Source: Mobula hypostoma (lineage: Eukaryota). From it: 64,000 nucleotides of DNA. The DNA lies in assembly GCF_963921235.1 (NCBI RefSeq), contig NC_086108.1, positions 98,334,001 through 98,398,000 of the forward strand. The letters are read 5' to 3'. The translations under genes were made by a program, and so were the position numbers. This document shows positions 1 through 12,604 of this stretch, piece after piece. The first letter of the stretch is position 1; each line of letters opens with the position of its first letter. The notes under the pieces are model-generated. The model searched no databases, was not told the DNA's origin, and saw nothing but the letters and a program-made list of their open reading frames with translations.

Positions 1-333
1 CAGGGGACCTACATTTGTCTTTACCAGTCTTTTCCTTTTTACATATCTATAAAAGCTTTTACAGTCCGTTTTTATGTTCTCTGCCAGTTTTCTCTCATAA
101 TTTTTTTCCCCTTCCTAATTAAGCCCTTTGTCCTCCTCTGCTGAACTCTGAATTCCTCCCAGTCCTCAGGTGAGCCACTTTCTCTGGCTAATTTGTATGC
201 TACTTCTTTGGAATTGATACTATCCCTAATTTCTCTTGTCAGCCACGGGTGCACTACCTTCCTTGATTTATTCTTTTGCCAAACTGGGATGAACAATTGT
301 TGTAGTTCATCCATGCAACCTATAAATGCTTGC
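1..333 (-). mobile_element. CR1 LINE ORF2 fragment (5'-truncated end of a copy running off the left edge)
   Basis: ORF 72..314 (HPWLTREIRDSINSKE...) is the CR1 endonuclease-RT linker; near-identical to 52494-52830. Confidence 0.9.
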
Positions 334-1245
334 CATAGTCCAGGTAGCTGTGAGAGTCCATAGGCTTATAGTAGTCATCAGTAGATAAACTGTCTCCAGA
401 GATAGAGACAGAAAGATCAAGAAAGGGGAGGGAGGTGTTGGAAATGGAACAGGTAAACTTGAGGGCAGGGTGAAAGTTGGAGGCAAAGTTAATTAAGTCA
501 ACGAGTTCAGCATGCGTGCAGGAAGCAGCGCCAATGCAGTCATCGATGTAGCGGAGGAAAAGTGGGGGACAGGTAGCAGTATAGGCTTGGAACATGGATT
601 GTTCCACAAAGCCAACAAAAAGGCAGGCATAGCTAGGACCCATATGGGTGCCCATGGCTACACTTTTCGTTTGGATGAAGTGGGAAGAGTCAAAGGAGAA
701 ATTATTAAGAGTAAGGACTAATTCCGCTAGATGGAGGAGAGTGGAGGTAGAGGGGAACTGGTTAGGTCTGGAATCCAAATAGAAGTGGAGAGTTTTGAGA
801 CCTTCCTGGTGGGAGATGGAGGTATATAGGAACTGGACATCCATGGTGAAAATAAAGCGGTGGGGGCCAGAGAACTTAAAATCGTCGAAAACTTTCAGAG
901 CGTGAGAAGTGTCACGAACATAGGTAGGAAGGGAGATAAAACAGTGTCGAGGTATGCAGAAATGAGGTCGGTGGGGCAGGAGCAAGCTGAGACAATAGGT
1001 CTACCTGGACAGGCAGGTTTGTGGATCTTGGGTAGGAGGTAGAAATGGGAAGTGCGGGGTGTGGGAACTATAAAGTTGGTAGCAGTGGATGGGAGATCCC
1101 CTGAGCTGATAAAGTTGGTGATGGTGTTGGAGACAAGGGCCTTGCCACCTGGTGCTCCTTAGTGGGGTCATGATTGAGGGGTAAAGAAGAGGAGTTGTCT
1201 GCAAGTTGTCGCTGTGCCTCGGCAAGGTAGAGGTCAGTACGCCAG
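334..1245 (-). mobile_element. Penelope-like element, reverse transcriptase fragment
   Basis: ORF 320..985 has PLE RT motifs TMDVQFLYTSISH, AMGTHMGPSYACLFVG, RYIDD, LPFLD. Confidence 0.88.
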
Positions 1246-1986
1246 ACTTTTTAATCCTCATTCCATTTGTGTATTTTCTCACAATTTTACAACAGAAATG
1301 GACACTGAGGGTTCTATCATCCTTTTCAATATGTCCTTGTTTATCACAATGGTAGCAGTGCAATCGAGTATAATATCCTCCAAAGGGAGAATACCTGTAT
1401 GTGACTTCACTTAAAGTAGGGCTGCTGATGCATGGTCCTTGACAGGTCGAGGTCAGGGTCCGGTGGCATGAGAACTCCTGACCTTTCATTGCTGCAACCT
1501 TCCTCCATCTTCACTGCCATTGTGATGTGTCATCATCACCCGCCTGTTCCACTCTTGAGGTCTTGGTTGGATTATTCTTCGTCTGGAACCTTCCACTTGA
1601 CCTTAGCATCATTAGTGACCCTACTAGGAGCTGAGCTCCAGATGGCTCGGGATCTCAGGAGCTCATAAACCTCTTCAGCACAAGCTGATGCTCCTCAGAG
1701 AAGTTCTTAGTTCAAGGGTGACAATACCATACCAAATCCTAGTCGGGAACAGGTGTCCTCTCTCCCCGTCCTTCATTTTCATGAGGTCTAGTTCCATCAC
1801 TAGTGAGAGTCTTTCCTTTCCTTCACTGGGATGGATGATGACCTCGATGCTAAGAGACCGGAGGAATCTTTATCATGGAGTCATTGAGCTGAACAGCACA
1901 GAATCAGGCCATTCGGCCCAATTCATCAGTGTCAACCAAGGTGCCCGAGCCCTGTTTGGTTGTGTTTGACCCATATCCCTCTAAAC

Positions 1987-2086
1987 CAGAGATTCCCAAC
2001 TGTTTCAATGCTATAGACCACTACCATTAAGCAAAGGGTCCTTACTCTAACCCTAGGGTCCTTGGACCCCAGGTTGGGAACACCCG
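1987..2086. mobile_element. hAT/Charlie-type MITE
   Basis: Imperfect TIRs CAGAGATTCCCAAC / GTTGGGAACACCCG; 8-bp TSD CTCTAAAC (1979-1986) / CTCTAGAC (2087-2094). Confidence 0.75.
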
Positions 2087-2675
2087 CTCTAGACAAAGCG
2101 TCGTAAGTGCATGGAACACCCTGCCAGGGGTGGTGGTGGGGCATTTACATTAGGGACATTTAAGAGACTCTAAGATAGGCATATGGATGAAAGAAAAATG
2201 GAGGGCTATGTGGGAGGAAGGATTTAGATTTATCTTGGAGTAAGTCAGAAGACAGCTTTACTTGACACGTGTACATCAAAACATTGAACATACAGAGAAA
2301 TGTGTTTTTGCTTCTTTGTTTGCGATGTGCCTGGGACAGCCCACAAGACTTGGCATACTTCTGGTGTCGACATAATATGGTAGTCAGAGGCTGTTCACCT
2401 TAACCATGCCCCTTATGATTTTATAAACCTCTGTAAGATTATCCTTCATTCTCCTTCACTCCAGCCTAGCCAGACTCTCCTTAGAACCCAAACTCTCCAG
2501 TTCTAATAACATACTTGTAAATCCCTTCTGGACCCTCTCCATTTTAATGACATCTTTCCTACAGCTGGGTAACCGGAACTGTACACAATGTTCCACACGT
2601 GGCCTTACCAACGTCTTTTACAGCTGTAACATGTCGTTCCAGCTCCTGTACTCAATTAACCAAGGCCTTCTTCAC

Positions 2676-2883
2676 CACTGTTCCCTCAAAGCTGCGCGGG
2701 TGTGTGGCCGTGCAGTAACTGAAATGCTCCCATGTACATATCCTTTGATGCCGCGAAGCTGGAATTTCCTTTGACATAACGCTGTATTAAAGTGCCACGC
2801 AAGTTTTCAAGCCACGTAAAAATTTTCTGCTCAGAGCAATGGTTAGTCCACGCAGCTGTGAAAAAAATTTAGAGGGAGCATAG
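2676..2883. mobile_element. hAT-like MITE
   Basis: Imperfect TIRs CACTGTTCCCTCAAA / TTTAGAGGGAGCATAG, inside an old CR1 fragment; TSD not clear. Confidence 0.55.
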
Positions 2884-3077
2884 TTGGCAATCCACTCTAG
2901 TCTACCTGTGTCATCATTTTTTAGATCTCTGGATTCCTGAGTCTTTCTGTTTAGCATCATTCCCCAGGGTCTAAGTCCTAATATTCTGGAAAGGGTGTAA
3001 AAATTTCCAAGAACGTTACTTTGTTTCAGAAACTATGTGTGTGGAATCTGATATCATGGAAATTGATAGCAATTTGT

Positions 3078-3212
3078 ATGATGAAGGGCCTCAGATTGAA
3101 ACTTCAACTGCTTATTCCCTTCATTGATGCTGACTGACCTGCTGAGTTCCTCCAGCATTTAGCGTGTGTTGCTCTAGATTTCCAGCATCTGCTTCCAGAA
3201 TCTTCTGTATTT
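3078..3212 (+). mobile_element. Short PLE-end-derived repeat with decayed hammerhead core
   Basis: ATGATGAAGGGCCTCAGATTGAAAC followed by GACCTGCTGAGTTCCTCCAGCATT, homologous to the PLE terminus at 61540-61667. Confidence 0.7.
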
Positions 3213-3369
3213 ATCACACACACTGATGTCCAGAGACTGTTCTGCTGAAGGGGGAGGCTGATTCAGGCCCTCCAGCCCAACCTATTCATGCTGTTCACAA
3301 TGCCCAGCTAAACCGGTCCCATTTGCCCGCATTTGACCCATATTCCTTTGAACCTCACCTATCCATTTA

Positions 3370-3725
3370 CACTCAGTGGCTACTTTATTAGGCTCATTAA
3401 TGCAAATATTTAATCAGTCAATGTATAAAAGCATGCAGGCATGGCCAATGTGGTCAGTTATTGTTCAGACCAAACTTCAGAACAGGGAAGAAATCTGATC
3501 TAAATGACTTTGCTAGTGGAATGACTGCTGGTGCCAGATGGAGTAGCTTGAGTATTTCAGAAACTGATGATCTCCTATGATCTTTATGTGCAACAGTCTC
3601 TAAAGTTTACAGAGTGAACGGCAGTTCAGTGGCTGAAAACATCTTGTCAATGAGAGAGGTCAGCAGAGGTCAGCAGAGGTCAGCAAGACTGATTCAAGCT
3701 GACAGGAAGGCAACAGTAACTCAGA
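3370..3725 (+). mobile_element. Tc1-derived non-autonomous element (CACTCAGTGGCCACTTTATTAGG TIR family), partial
   Basis: TA followed by TIR CACTCAGTGGCTACTTTATTAGG; homologous to 14689-15237 and 40734-41170. Confidence 0.75.
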
Positions 3726-4214
3726 TAAATAGTCTCTGCCCTTCATTGCCACCATCTCAGTCTTCGATCAGGACCAAAGCGCTTGGTTGCAGCAAAAGTT
3801 CATCAAGTAAGGGTTTGCTCACCAAGGGAGAGTTGTGTTACCTCACTGGTGAGAGATTGCAGAACTCCGAGATGCAGAGGCATCTGGGCGTTCTACAGCC
3901 CCAAATGCAAAAGGCTAGTAGGTGAGCAGAGCAAGTCATTAGAGAAGCACGTGGAATGTTATCATTTATTGCTCGGGGAGCTGAATTGAAAAGTAGGAAG
4001 TTTATGCTTCATTTATATGGGGCTCTAATGGGGCCACAAATGGACCGCAGTGTAGAATAATACCAGAATCAGGTTTATTATCACTGATCATCATGAAATT
4101 TGTTGTTTTGCAGCAACAGTACAGTGCAAAGCGTAAAAAACCATGTTACAATAGCACATAAATAAATAAACAAACAAATATACAATAAATGAACAAATAA
4201 ATAATTATAAATGC

Positions 4215-5345
4215 ACAGATAGATCAGAATCAGACGAAGAATCAGGTTTAATATCACCGGCCTGTGTTGTGAAACTTTTTGTCTTTGTTGCAGGAGTACA
4301 TCGCAATGCATAATTAAAGAGAAAGAAATTGTGAATTACAGTAAGCATACACATATTAAGTAGTTAAATTAAATAAGCAGTGCAAAAAAATGGAATAAAA
4401 AACTAGCGAGGTAGCGTTCATGGGTTCAATGCCCATTCAGAAGTTGGATGGCAGAGGAGAAGAAGTTGTTCCTGAATCGTTAAAGGTGTGCCTTCAGGTT
4501 TCTGTATCTCCTTCCTTATGGCAACAATGAGAAGAGGCCATGCCCTGGGTGATGGGGGTCCTTAATGATGGACGCCTCCTTTATGAGATATTGCTTCTTA
4601 AAGGTGCCCTGGACACTACAGAGGCTAGTGCCCATGATGGAGCAGACTAAGTTCACAACTCTCTGTAGCTTACTTTGATCATGCGCAGTAGCCACACTCC
4701 GCCCCCCCCACCCCACAGCAAACAGTGATGCAGCCAGTTGGAATGCTCTCCACGTTACATATGAAAAGAAATCTGTGGATGTTTTTGCTGACGTACCAAA
4801 TATCCTCAAACTCCTAATGAAATAATGTCTTGCCTTATTTTATAGCTGCATCAATATCCTAACTGATTGGCTCCAGTTAGGTCCTCAGATATATTGACAC
4901 GTAGGAAATTGAAATTGCTCCCTCTTTCCACTTCTGATCCCTCTATGAGGACAGGTGTGTGTTCACTCATCTTACCTGTTCTGAAGTCTTTTTTTGTTCT
5001 TTTGTCTTACTGACATTGAGTGAAAGGTTGTTGTTGTGACACCACTCAACCAGCTGACGCCTCACTCCTGAATGCCCTCTCATCACCATCTGAAATTCTG
5101 CCAACGATGTTTGCATCATCAGCAAATGTATAGATACCATTTGAGCTGTGCCTAGCCACACAGTCGTGGGTGTAGAGAGAGTAGAGCAGTGGGCTAAGCA
5201 CACACCCCTGAGGTGCACCAGTGCTGATTGTCAGTGAGGTGGAGATGTTATTTCTGATCCACACAGATTATGGTCTTCCGGTTAGGAAGCCAAGGATCCA
5301 GTTGCAGAGGGAGGTACGGAGGCCCGGGTTCTGGAGCGTTTTGAC
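4215..5345 (-). mobile_element. Rex1/Babar-type non-LTR retrotransposon, degenerate 3' part
   Basis: Translated STGAPQGCVLSPLLYSLYTHDC...FADD and ASIIKDPHHPGHGLFSLLP; (AGAATC)-type tail on the plus strand. Confidence 0.8.
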
Positions 5346-5489
5346 CAGATAAATAGTGCAAAAATAGAGCAATAGTCTTCAGACTCCTGTACCATCTCTT
5401 TGTTGGTAGTAATGAGAGGAGGATACGTTCTGGATGTCGAGGGTACTTAATGATGGATGCCATTTTCTTGAGGCATCTTCTTAAGCTTA

Positions 5490-5765
5490 GGTAGAATGGA
5501 CGTCCACTTCTTTCTTCCCAGGGTAGATTTGGCTAATACGAAGGAGTGTAACTTGTAAGTGTTTGAAGGAAAGTATAGGGGGGATGTCAGGGGTAGGTTT
5601 TTTACACAGAGAGTGGTAGGTGCATGGAACGTGCTCTTGGGGTGATGGTACACTGAGATACATTTAGGGACATTGAAGAGACTCTTAGGTAGGTACACAT
5701 ATAAAAGGGAAATGGAGGGCTTTGTAGGAGGGATGGGCTAGACTGATCTTGCAGTAGATCGAAAA
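5490..5765 (+). mobile_element. CR1 3' end fragment
   Basis: FFTQRVVGAWN-type coding remnant (TTTTTACACAGAGAGTGGTAGGTGCATGGAAC) and CR1 3' UTR. Confidence 0.75.
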
Positions 5766-6946
5766 GTTTAAGATTTAAGATTAGCTTCATTTGTAAGCAT
5801 GTGCATCAAAACATTGAATCATACAATAAAGTACATTGTTTACATCCTCGTTTGCGATGTGCTGGGGGCAGTATGCAAGTGTTGGCATGCTTCTGCTGCC
5901 AAAATAGCATGTCAGCAACTGGTTATCCCAAACCGCGCATCTTTGGAATGTGGGAGGAAGCTGGAGCACTTAGAGAAAACTCATGAGGTCATGGGGAGAA
6001 CATTCAGACTGGTCAGCACATGACAGAGGGCCGAAGGGCCTGTACTGTCATGTATTGTTCGAGTTCATTAAAATAAGTGGCTCTTTAGGAGAGATGAGGG
6101 AATATTTGTTTTTCTCTCTCAGAAGTTCTTGACTTACTTCCTCAAATGGCAGTCTTTGAATGGGCTGAGACAAATTGATACTTGGTAAACAAGTTGGGGG
6201 TGGGAGGCGGAAGGTTTGAGGGAGTAGGCAGGAATGTGGAGATGAAGTTACCATGAGATTAGCTAGTTCTTTATTAAGTAACAGAATAGGTTTAAATAGC
6301 CAAGTGCATATGCCTGCTCCTAATCTGTCCGTTTGCATGCTTGGCTCAGTGCATGATCAGACGGGCGAGACAAATTTGGGCGAGACAAATTTGGGCAATT
6401 AGTGTTTGTAAGAAGGAATACAATCGGCAGCCTTGGGGTAAGGTGTTTCTGTTTTTTCCTCCAGTGGAAACACTGGATGATTTCAGCGTCTCGTTAGGAA
6501 CACTTACAGTAATAGTCCCCCCAGCTAAGGTCAGAATGGATCATTTCCCTATCCTAAGCCCAGACATGTGATAGAACAAGTCGGCTCAGTTTTACTCGTT
6601 TATTCTTGCGTGACTTGGTGGAAGGCATGCCCTACCTAATAGATCTATGCAACTGTGAGTACCGGATTAGTAAAGTAAAAATCATAAGTTTATTAAATAA
6701 TAATCCTCAGATGTAACAGCTGCAAATAAAACCTATTATGTAAGCACACTTGGCAGTACTGTTTACTTGGTTTCAATCTGCTGCCCTAATGCTCAGCCGG
6801 TTTAATCTCTTCAGATATGAATACTCTTGCCTTCCAAGGCTGTTATGAAGTCTGTTCCCACCAATCCCTCTGGTGGGGCTTTGCATATCCTAATCCCCTC
6901 CGCTCTTCAGAAAAACCTGAAGGTGGTGTCCTAGTGTTATTTATTA

Positions 6947-8720
6947 GCTCAAAACAAGTTGCTGGAGGAACTCAGCAGGTCAGGCAGCATCTCTGAAGAT
7001 GAACAAACCGTTGCGGGCCGAGACCCTTCTTCAGGTGCCAGAATAAAAAGGTGGGGGAGGGGAAGGAGGATAGCTAGATGGTGAAGCCAGGTGATGGGAA
7101 AGGTAAAGTGCTGGGGAAGAAAGAATCTGATAGAACATAGAACATAGAATAGTACAGCACAGTACAGGCTCTTCGGCCCACAGTGTTGTGCCGACCCTCA
7201 AACCCTGCCTCCCATATAATCCTCCACCTTAGATTCCTCCATATACCTGTCTAGTATTCTCTTAAACTTCACTAGTGTATCTGCCTCCACCACTGACTCA
7301 GGCAGTGTATTCCACACACCAACCACTCTCTGAGTAAAAAACCTTCCTCTAATATCCCCCTTGAACTTCCCACTCCTTACCTTAAAGCCATGTCCTCTTG
7401 TATTGAGTAGTGGTGCCCTGGGGAAGAGGCTCTGGCTATCCACTCTATCGAATCCTCTTATTGTCTTGTACACCTCTATCATGTCTCCTCTCATCCTCCT
7501 TCTCTCCAAAGAGTAAAGCCCTAGCTCCCTTAATCTCTGATCATAATGCATACTCTCTAAACCAGGCAGCATCCTGGTAAATCTCCTCTGTACCCTTTCC
7601 AATGCTTCCACATCCTTCTTATAGTGAGGTGACCAGAACTGGACACAGTACTCCAAGTGTGGCCTAACCAGAGTTTTATACAGCTGCATCATTACATCAT
7701 GACTCTTAAACTCTATCCCTCGACTTATGAAAGCTAACACCCCATAAGCTTTCTTAACTACCCTATCCACCTGTGAGGCAACTTTCAGGGATCTGTGGAC
7801 ATGTACCCCGAGATACCTCTGCTCCTCCACACTACCAAGTATTCTGCCATTTATTTTTGTACTCTGCCTTGGAGTTTGTCCTTCCAAAGTGTACCACCTC
7901 ACACTTCTCCAGGTTGAACTCCATCTGCCACTTCTCAGCCCACTTCTGCATCCTATCAATGTCTCTCTGCAATCTTTGACAATCCTCTACACTACCTACA
8001 ACACCACCAACCTAGGAGAAGAGAGTGGACCATTGGAGAAAGAGAAGGAGAAGAGGACCCAGGGGGAAGTGACAGACAGGTGAGAAGAGGTAAAAGAGCA
8101 TTGTGGTGAATAGAGGAAGAAGGGAGGGGGAGGGATTTTTTTTTAACCGGAAGGATAAATTGATATTCATGCCATCAGGTTGGAGGCTACTCAGATGGAA
8201 TATAGGCTGTTGTTCCTCTGCCCTGAGGATGGCCTCATCTTGGCACAAGTGAAGGTCATGGACCGACATTTTGGAACAGGAATGGGAATCAGAATTAAAA
8301 TGTGTGGCCTCTGGGAAGTTTCGCTTTTGGTTGATGGAGCGAAGGTGATCGGAAAAGCGGTCCCCCAATTTACAACGAGTCTCACCGATGCAGAGGAGGC
8401 CGCATTGGCTGCACTGGACACAATAGAGGACCCCATCAGGTTCGCAGGTGAAGTGTTGCCTCATCTGGAAGGACAAGTTGGGGCCCTGAATGGAGGTGAG
8501 GGAGGAGGGTGTAGTACTTTGGCCGCCTGTAGGGATGTGCCAGGAGGGACGAATGGACAAGGGAATAGTGGAAGAAGCAATCTGCTGCAGAAAGTGGAGA
8601 GGGAGCGAGGTGAAGGTATGTTTATTGACAAAAGGAACTGTTTAGGCAGCAGGAAGATGGGGTGAGTGTGGATGCTCGGGAAATGGAGGTGATGCAGGTG
8701 AAGGCAGCATTAAAAGTGGA
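6947..8720 (-). mobile_element. Penelope-like element 3' part (GIY-YIG endonuclease plus 3' region), split by a CR1 insertion
   Basis: ORF 8012..8560 HFTCEPDGVLYCVQCSQCGLLCIGET...QPDGMN; the sequence GAATCTGA|TAGGAGAAGAGAGTGGACC rejoins across the CR1 and matches the uninterrupted copy near 10320. Confidence 0.85.
7131..8012 (-). mobile_element. Young 5'-truncated CR1 LINE
   Basis: ORF 7198..7959 with LYKTLVRPHLEYCVQFWSP, LERVQRRFTRM, FFTQRVV; (TTCTATG)n tail seen as TAGAACATAGAACATAGAA. Confidence 0.92.
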
Positions 8721-9964
8721 AGAACGATACAAACTGCAGAAAATCTTGAACAAGCATTTGGGTTATTGACCTATCTAGAAAATATACTCCCAGATTGGAC
8801 CATCTTGGAGAGGTCACTCAATGCAGTGGATTTCCCATCTCCCTCCCCGGTTTCTCGTAGGACAAAGATACAAAGGAACGAGAAACAGATTGCGAGAGAC
8901 TGTGGATGCTGGAGTTGTTTGCTTGCCCGCACTCCACTCTCTGTATTCCGCATTCTATTATTGTACTCTCCTCTACAACGTCAGTGCTTTGTTGTAATGA
9001 AATGACCTGTATGGATGGTGTGCAAAACAAAGATTTCCCACTGTACTAGTGACAAGACCATTAGAGGGTAAGACATAGGAAGAGAATCGTGGCATTTGAC
9101 CCATCCAATCTGCTCCTCTGTTCAATCATGGCTGATTTATTTTCCCTCTCAGCCCCATTTTTCCTGCCTTCTCACCCTTACTAATCAAGAACTTGGCTTC
9201 CATAACCATCTCAACCCGCCCTCCGGCTACAGAAATGTCACCTCATCTCCGTTCTACTTGTATTCTGAGGCTGGGCCCTCGGGTCCTAGGCTCTCCCACT
9301 ATCGGAAACATCCTCTTCACACCCGCTCTATCTAAACCCCGTTCCCTGAGGACATCTCTCTTTGATGTACTGGAACGGAAACCTGCGTCCTGGAACAGAA
9401 GTGACGGAGGGGAAGGAACTGAGAAAAGGGAATAGCATTTTTGCAGGAGACAGGATGGGAAGAGGCATAGTCAAGATAACCGTGGGTTTATAAAAGATGT
9501 TGGTCGACAGTTTTCCATATACTATATATATTGTGCATATTCTTTGATAATAAAGCCACTTTGAACTTCATACTAGGTCTGCCTACATACATCCAATCTT
9601 CCCCAGCCCCATCAGACATTTCTTTCCTCTCCTCCCACACTCCATCTGCCCATCTCATACACACACACCCCCCACCCACTGGTTCCCCATTGGCCCATTG
9701 TTCCCATCTGCCCAGTCTTCCTCCCTTATTTGGTTCTATGCTCCACCTACCTCCCTTATCAAATTCCACCACCGGTAGCCTTTGTAACCTCCACCTAACA
9801 CCTCGTTGCCTTGGCTGCTATTTCTACTCTTCCCTCCCCCATCTGCCTGTCACCCCTTCTCGGTTTGATCGCTTACTGTCGAAAATTGGCATGGAACACG
9901 TGGTCCAAGATATTCCCATCTGTACCTAGACATACCCATAGTGAACCGTCTCTCTGAAGCCATG

Positions 9965-10562
9965 TACACAAGTGCTGGAGGAACTCAGCAGGTCAGGCAG
10001 CATCTACGGAAAAGACCAAGCAGTCAATGTTTCGGGCTGAGCCCCTTCGTCAGGACTGGGAAGGAAGGAGACAGAAGCCAGAATAAGAAAGTGGGGAGGA
10101 ATAAAAGCTAGTAAGTGACAGAGAGGGGGAAAGACGGTCGGTGAGTGAGGGAGGGGGCAATGAAGTAAGAAGCTGGGAGGTGATATGGGGAAGATGTAAA
10201 GGGTTGAAAAGAAGGAATTTGACAGGAGAGTATTTTGGTTTCTTTCTTCAGACAATAGTACCACATTTTGTTTGCATCAATGAAAGACTTTTTTAAATAA
10301 AAGGTAAGGGGCTGAAGAAGGAATCTAATAGGAGAGGACAGTGGACCATGGAAGAAAGGGAAGGAGGAGGGGCACCAGAAGGGGTGATGTGCAAGTGAGG
10401 AGAAGGAGGAATGGAAAAGGAGAGGAGGGGGAGGGAGGGAGAGATTACCGGAGTCAGAGAAATCAGTGTTCATGCTGTGGGGTTGGAGGGCTTGCTGAGT
10501 TCCTCCAGCATTTTGTGTGTGTTGCTCAAGATTTCCAACATCTGCAGAATCTCTGGTGTTTA
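9965..10562 (-). mobile_element. PLE 3' end fragment with variant hammerhead and an inverted terminal piece
   Basis: Minus strand AGTC-CTGACGA-AGGGGCTCAGCCC-GAAA-CATT-GACT near 10022-10057; 10490-10562 is the PLE terminus in the opposite orientation. Confidence 0.75.
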
Positions 10563-11021
10563 TTTGTCTGAAGCCAGCCACTTATCAGCCGATCTTGTGG
10601 TATGTGGAATCTTCTTCTGTGTATTATAAACATCTGACATTCACAAACTTTGAAACAGATGCCTAACAGCTGACGGTTAATCAAATGTTATCAAAATTAA
10701 AACATTTATTAAATGCCACTTTAACCTTTTGCAAGTGATTGTAACACTTAAGGCAATAAACAAGACATTTCAGTTGACGACTAAAGTACGTTTTAGTTGA
10801 CAACTACATTTAGTCTCCCCATTTTGCTGGGAACTACAGAATGCTGGGTCCCCTGAGGAGATCAAAGATGAAGTATAGACAGAATAACATTAGCAGAGAC
10901 ATCCAAGGATGTCTTGGCCTTGTGTATTTACATGAATGCTCCTTAGAAATGATTTGAATTGTAATTGAGACCATTTCCCATAGAATGGTCAGGCACCACT
11001 TTTAGAATTTGTTTACAGGTA

Positions 11022-11799
11022 TAAGGTTCAAGGTACAAAGGTTCAAAGGTCAAATTTGATGTCAGACTGGAATGCTTTTTCTTCATAAAAATCCACGCAA
11101 ACAATGAAGCACCCCAAAGAATGAACAACAGTTAGATATAAGAACCCCAAAGTCACCCCGCTCCCCTCCCTCCCGCACATGAGCACAGCAAGCAATGATA
11201 CCCCCTCCCCCCACCGGCAAAACAAACGCATCAGCACCCAAGCGTGAGCAAAGCAACAGCAAAGACATAGACCTGCAGTTACCCTAAAGACTTTGTGTTT
11301 CACCCAGGATTCGACGTACCACAGGTTCTCTCTCTCCCTAATAAGGGAGAAGGAGGTGTCTCCATTTTTCCCAGTGAGCAGGGAGACATGACAGACAATT
11401 TGCTGGTTTATGATGTTAAAAGTCCGTTACGTCACTCTTTCCGAGCTCTGTTCACAAAGATCTCAAAGATCCTGAGTCTTTGGGTACACAGCAGTAGATT
11501 TTACGACTCCGCCGATGTCACATGGGCCTCCAGCCATGACACCGACCCTCGATCTGCCCGTTTCCAGAGCCCTGAGATCTTAGGCTTCCAAATCTGAGCT
11601 GGACTCTCAGGTCGAACTCTTGGCGTGCCGAACAACGGCCAGTCCTGAAACCCCTTTCCCACAAAGAACTGAAGTCCGCGTGTAACTCCAGGTCAGGGTC
11701 TTCAAAAGAACCCTGAAAGGGAAAAATAAAGATATTAAAGATGGAAGTCGAGCTGTTTCTGAAGACGCAAGCAAAGGAGTTGCTGTTTAACGCCATCTT
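11022..11799 (-). mobile_element. Non-autonomous retroelement (AAGATGGCG start, (TTGAACC)-type tail)
   Basis: Minus strand starts AAGATGGCGTTAAAC and ends in TTTGACCTTTGAACCTTTGTACCTTGAACC; CpG-rich; no credible ORF. Confidence 0.55.
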
Positions 11800-11849
11800 A
11801 ACTTCGTTTTGCCTTCAGACTTCAGTATAAATGGCTTTCTCTTCTACCA

Positions 11850-12418
11850 TGGGAAGGAGAATCCTACAAAAGGTGGTGGATAGAGCCCAGTCTATCACGG
11901 GTAAAGCTCTCCCCACCACTGAGCACATCGACACCGAGTGCTGTCACAGGAAAGCAGCAGTCATCATCAAGGAGCCCCACCACCAAGACCATGCTCTCTT
12001 CTCACTGTTCACATCAGGAAGAAGGTACAGGAGCATCAGGACTCTAACCACCCCTTCAAATACAGTTATGACCCCTCAACCATCAGGTTCTTGAACCAGA
12101 GGAGATAACTTTGCTCAAGTTCACTTGCCCTAGCACTGAACTGTTTGCACAACCTATCAACTCACTTTCAAGGGCTCTTCATCTCATGTTCTTGATATGT
12201 ATTGCTTATTTGTTAATTATTATTGTTATTATTATCTTTGTATTGCGCAGTGTGAGTTCTTTTTCACATTGGTTATTTGTCTGTCCTGTTTGGTGCAGTT
12301 GTTCATTGATTCTATAGTGTTTCTGTGTATGCCTGCAAGAAAATAAATCTCAGGAGTGTATATGGTGACATATACATATGTACTTTGATAATAAATTTAA
12401 TTTGAACTTTGAACTTTA
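11850..12418 (+). mobile_element. Rex1/Babar-type 3' fragment
   Basis: RRILQKVVDRAQSITG...AAVIIKEPHH...LFSL..SGRRYRSI; AATAAA followed by (TTTGAAC)n tail. Confidence 0.75.
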
Positions 12419-12604
12419 AATCAGAACTGATTTAATGTATGAGAATATGTTGAAGTCAAGATGCTTTTACAATTCCCAATACAAGTATGTCCACGTCAAT
12501 TCTTCCCATCCAGTCATCTCCCCATTGTAATCAGCCCACCAACACTGAGTGGTGATCAGCTGGGATCTGCAGGCCCCTTCTACTCACCTGAGTCATCAGA
12601 GAAA

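Noticed and set aside
1290..1375. Zinc-knuckle-like CYHCDKQGH on the minus strand
   Set aside because: The last Cys is missing and the context is short; at most a gag relic
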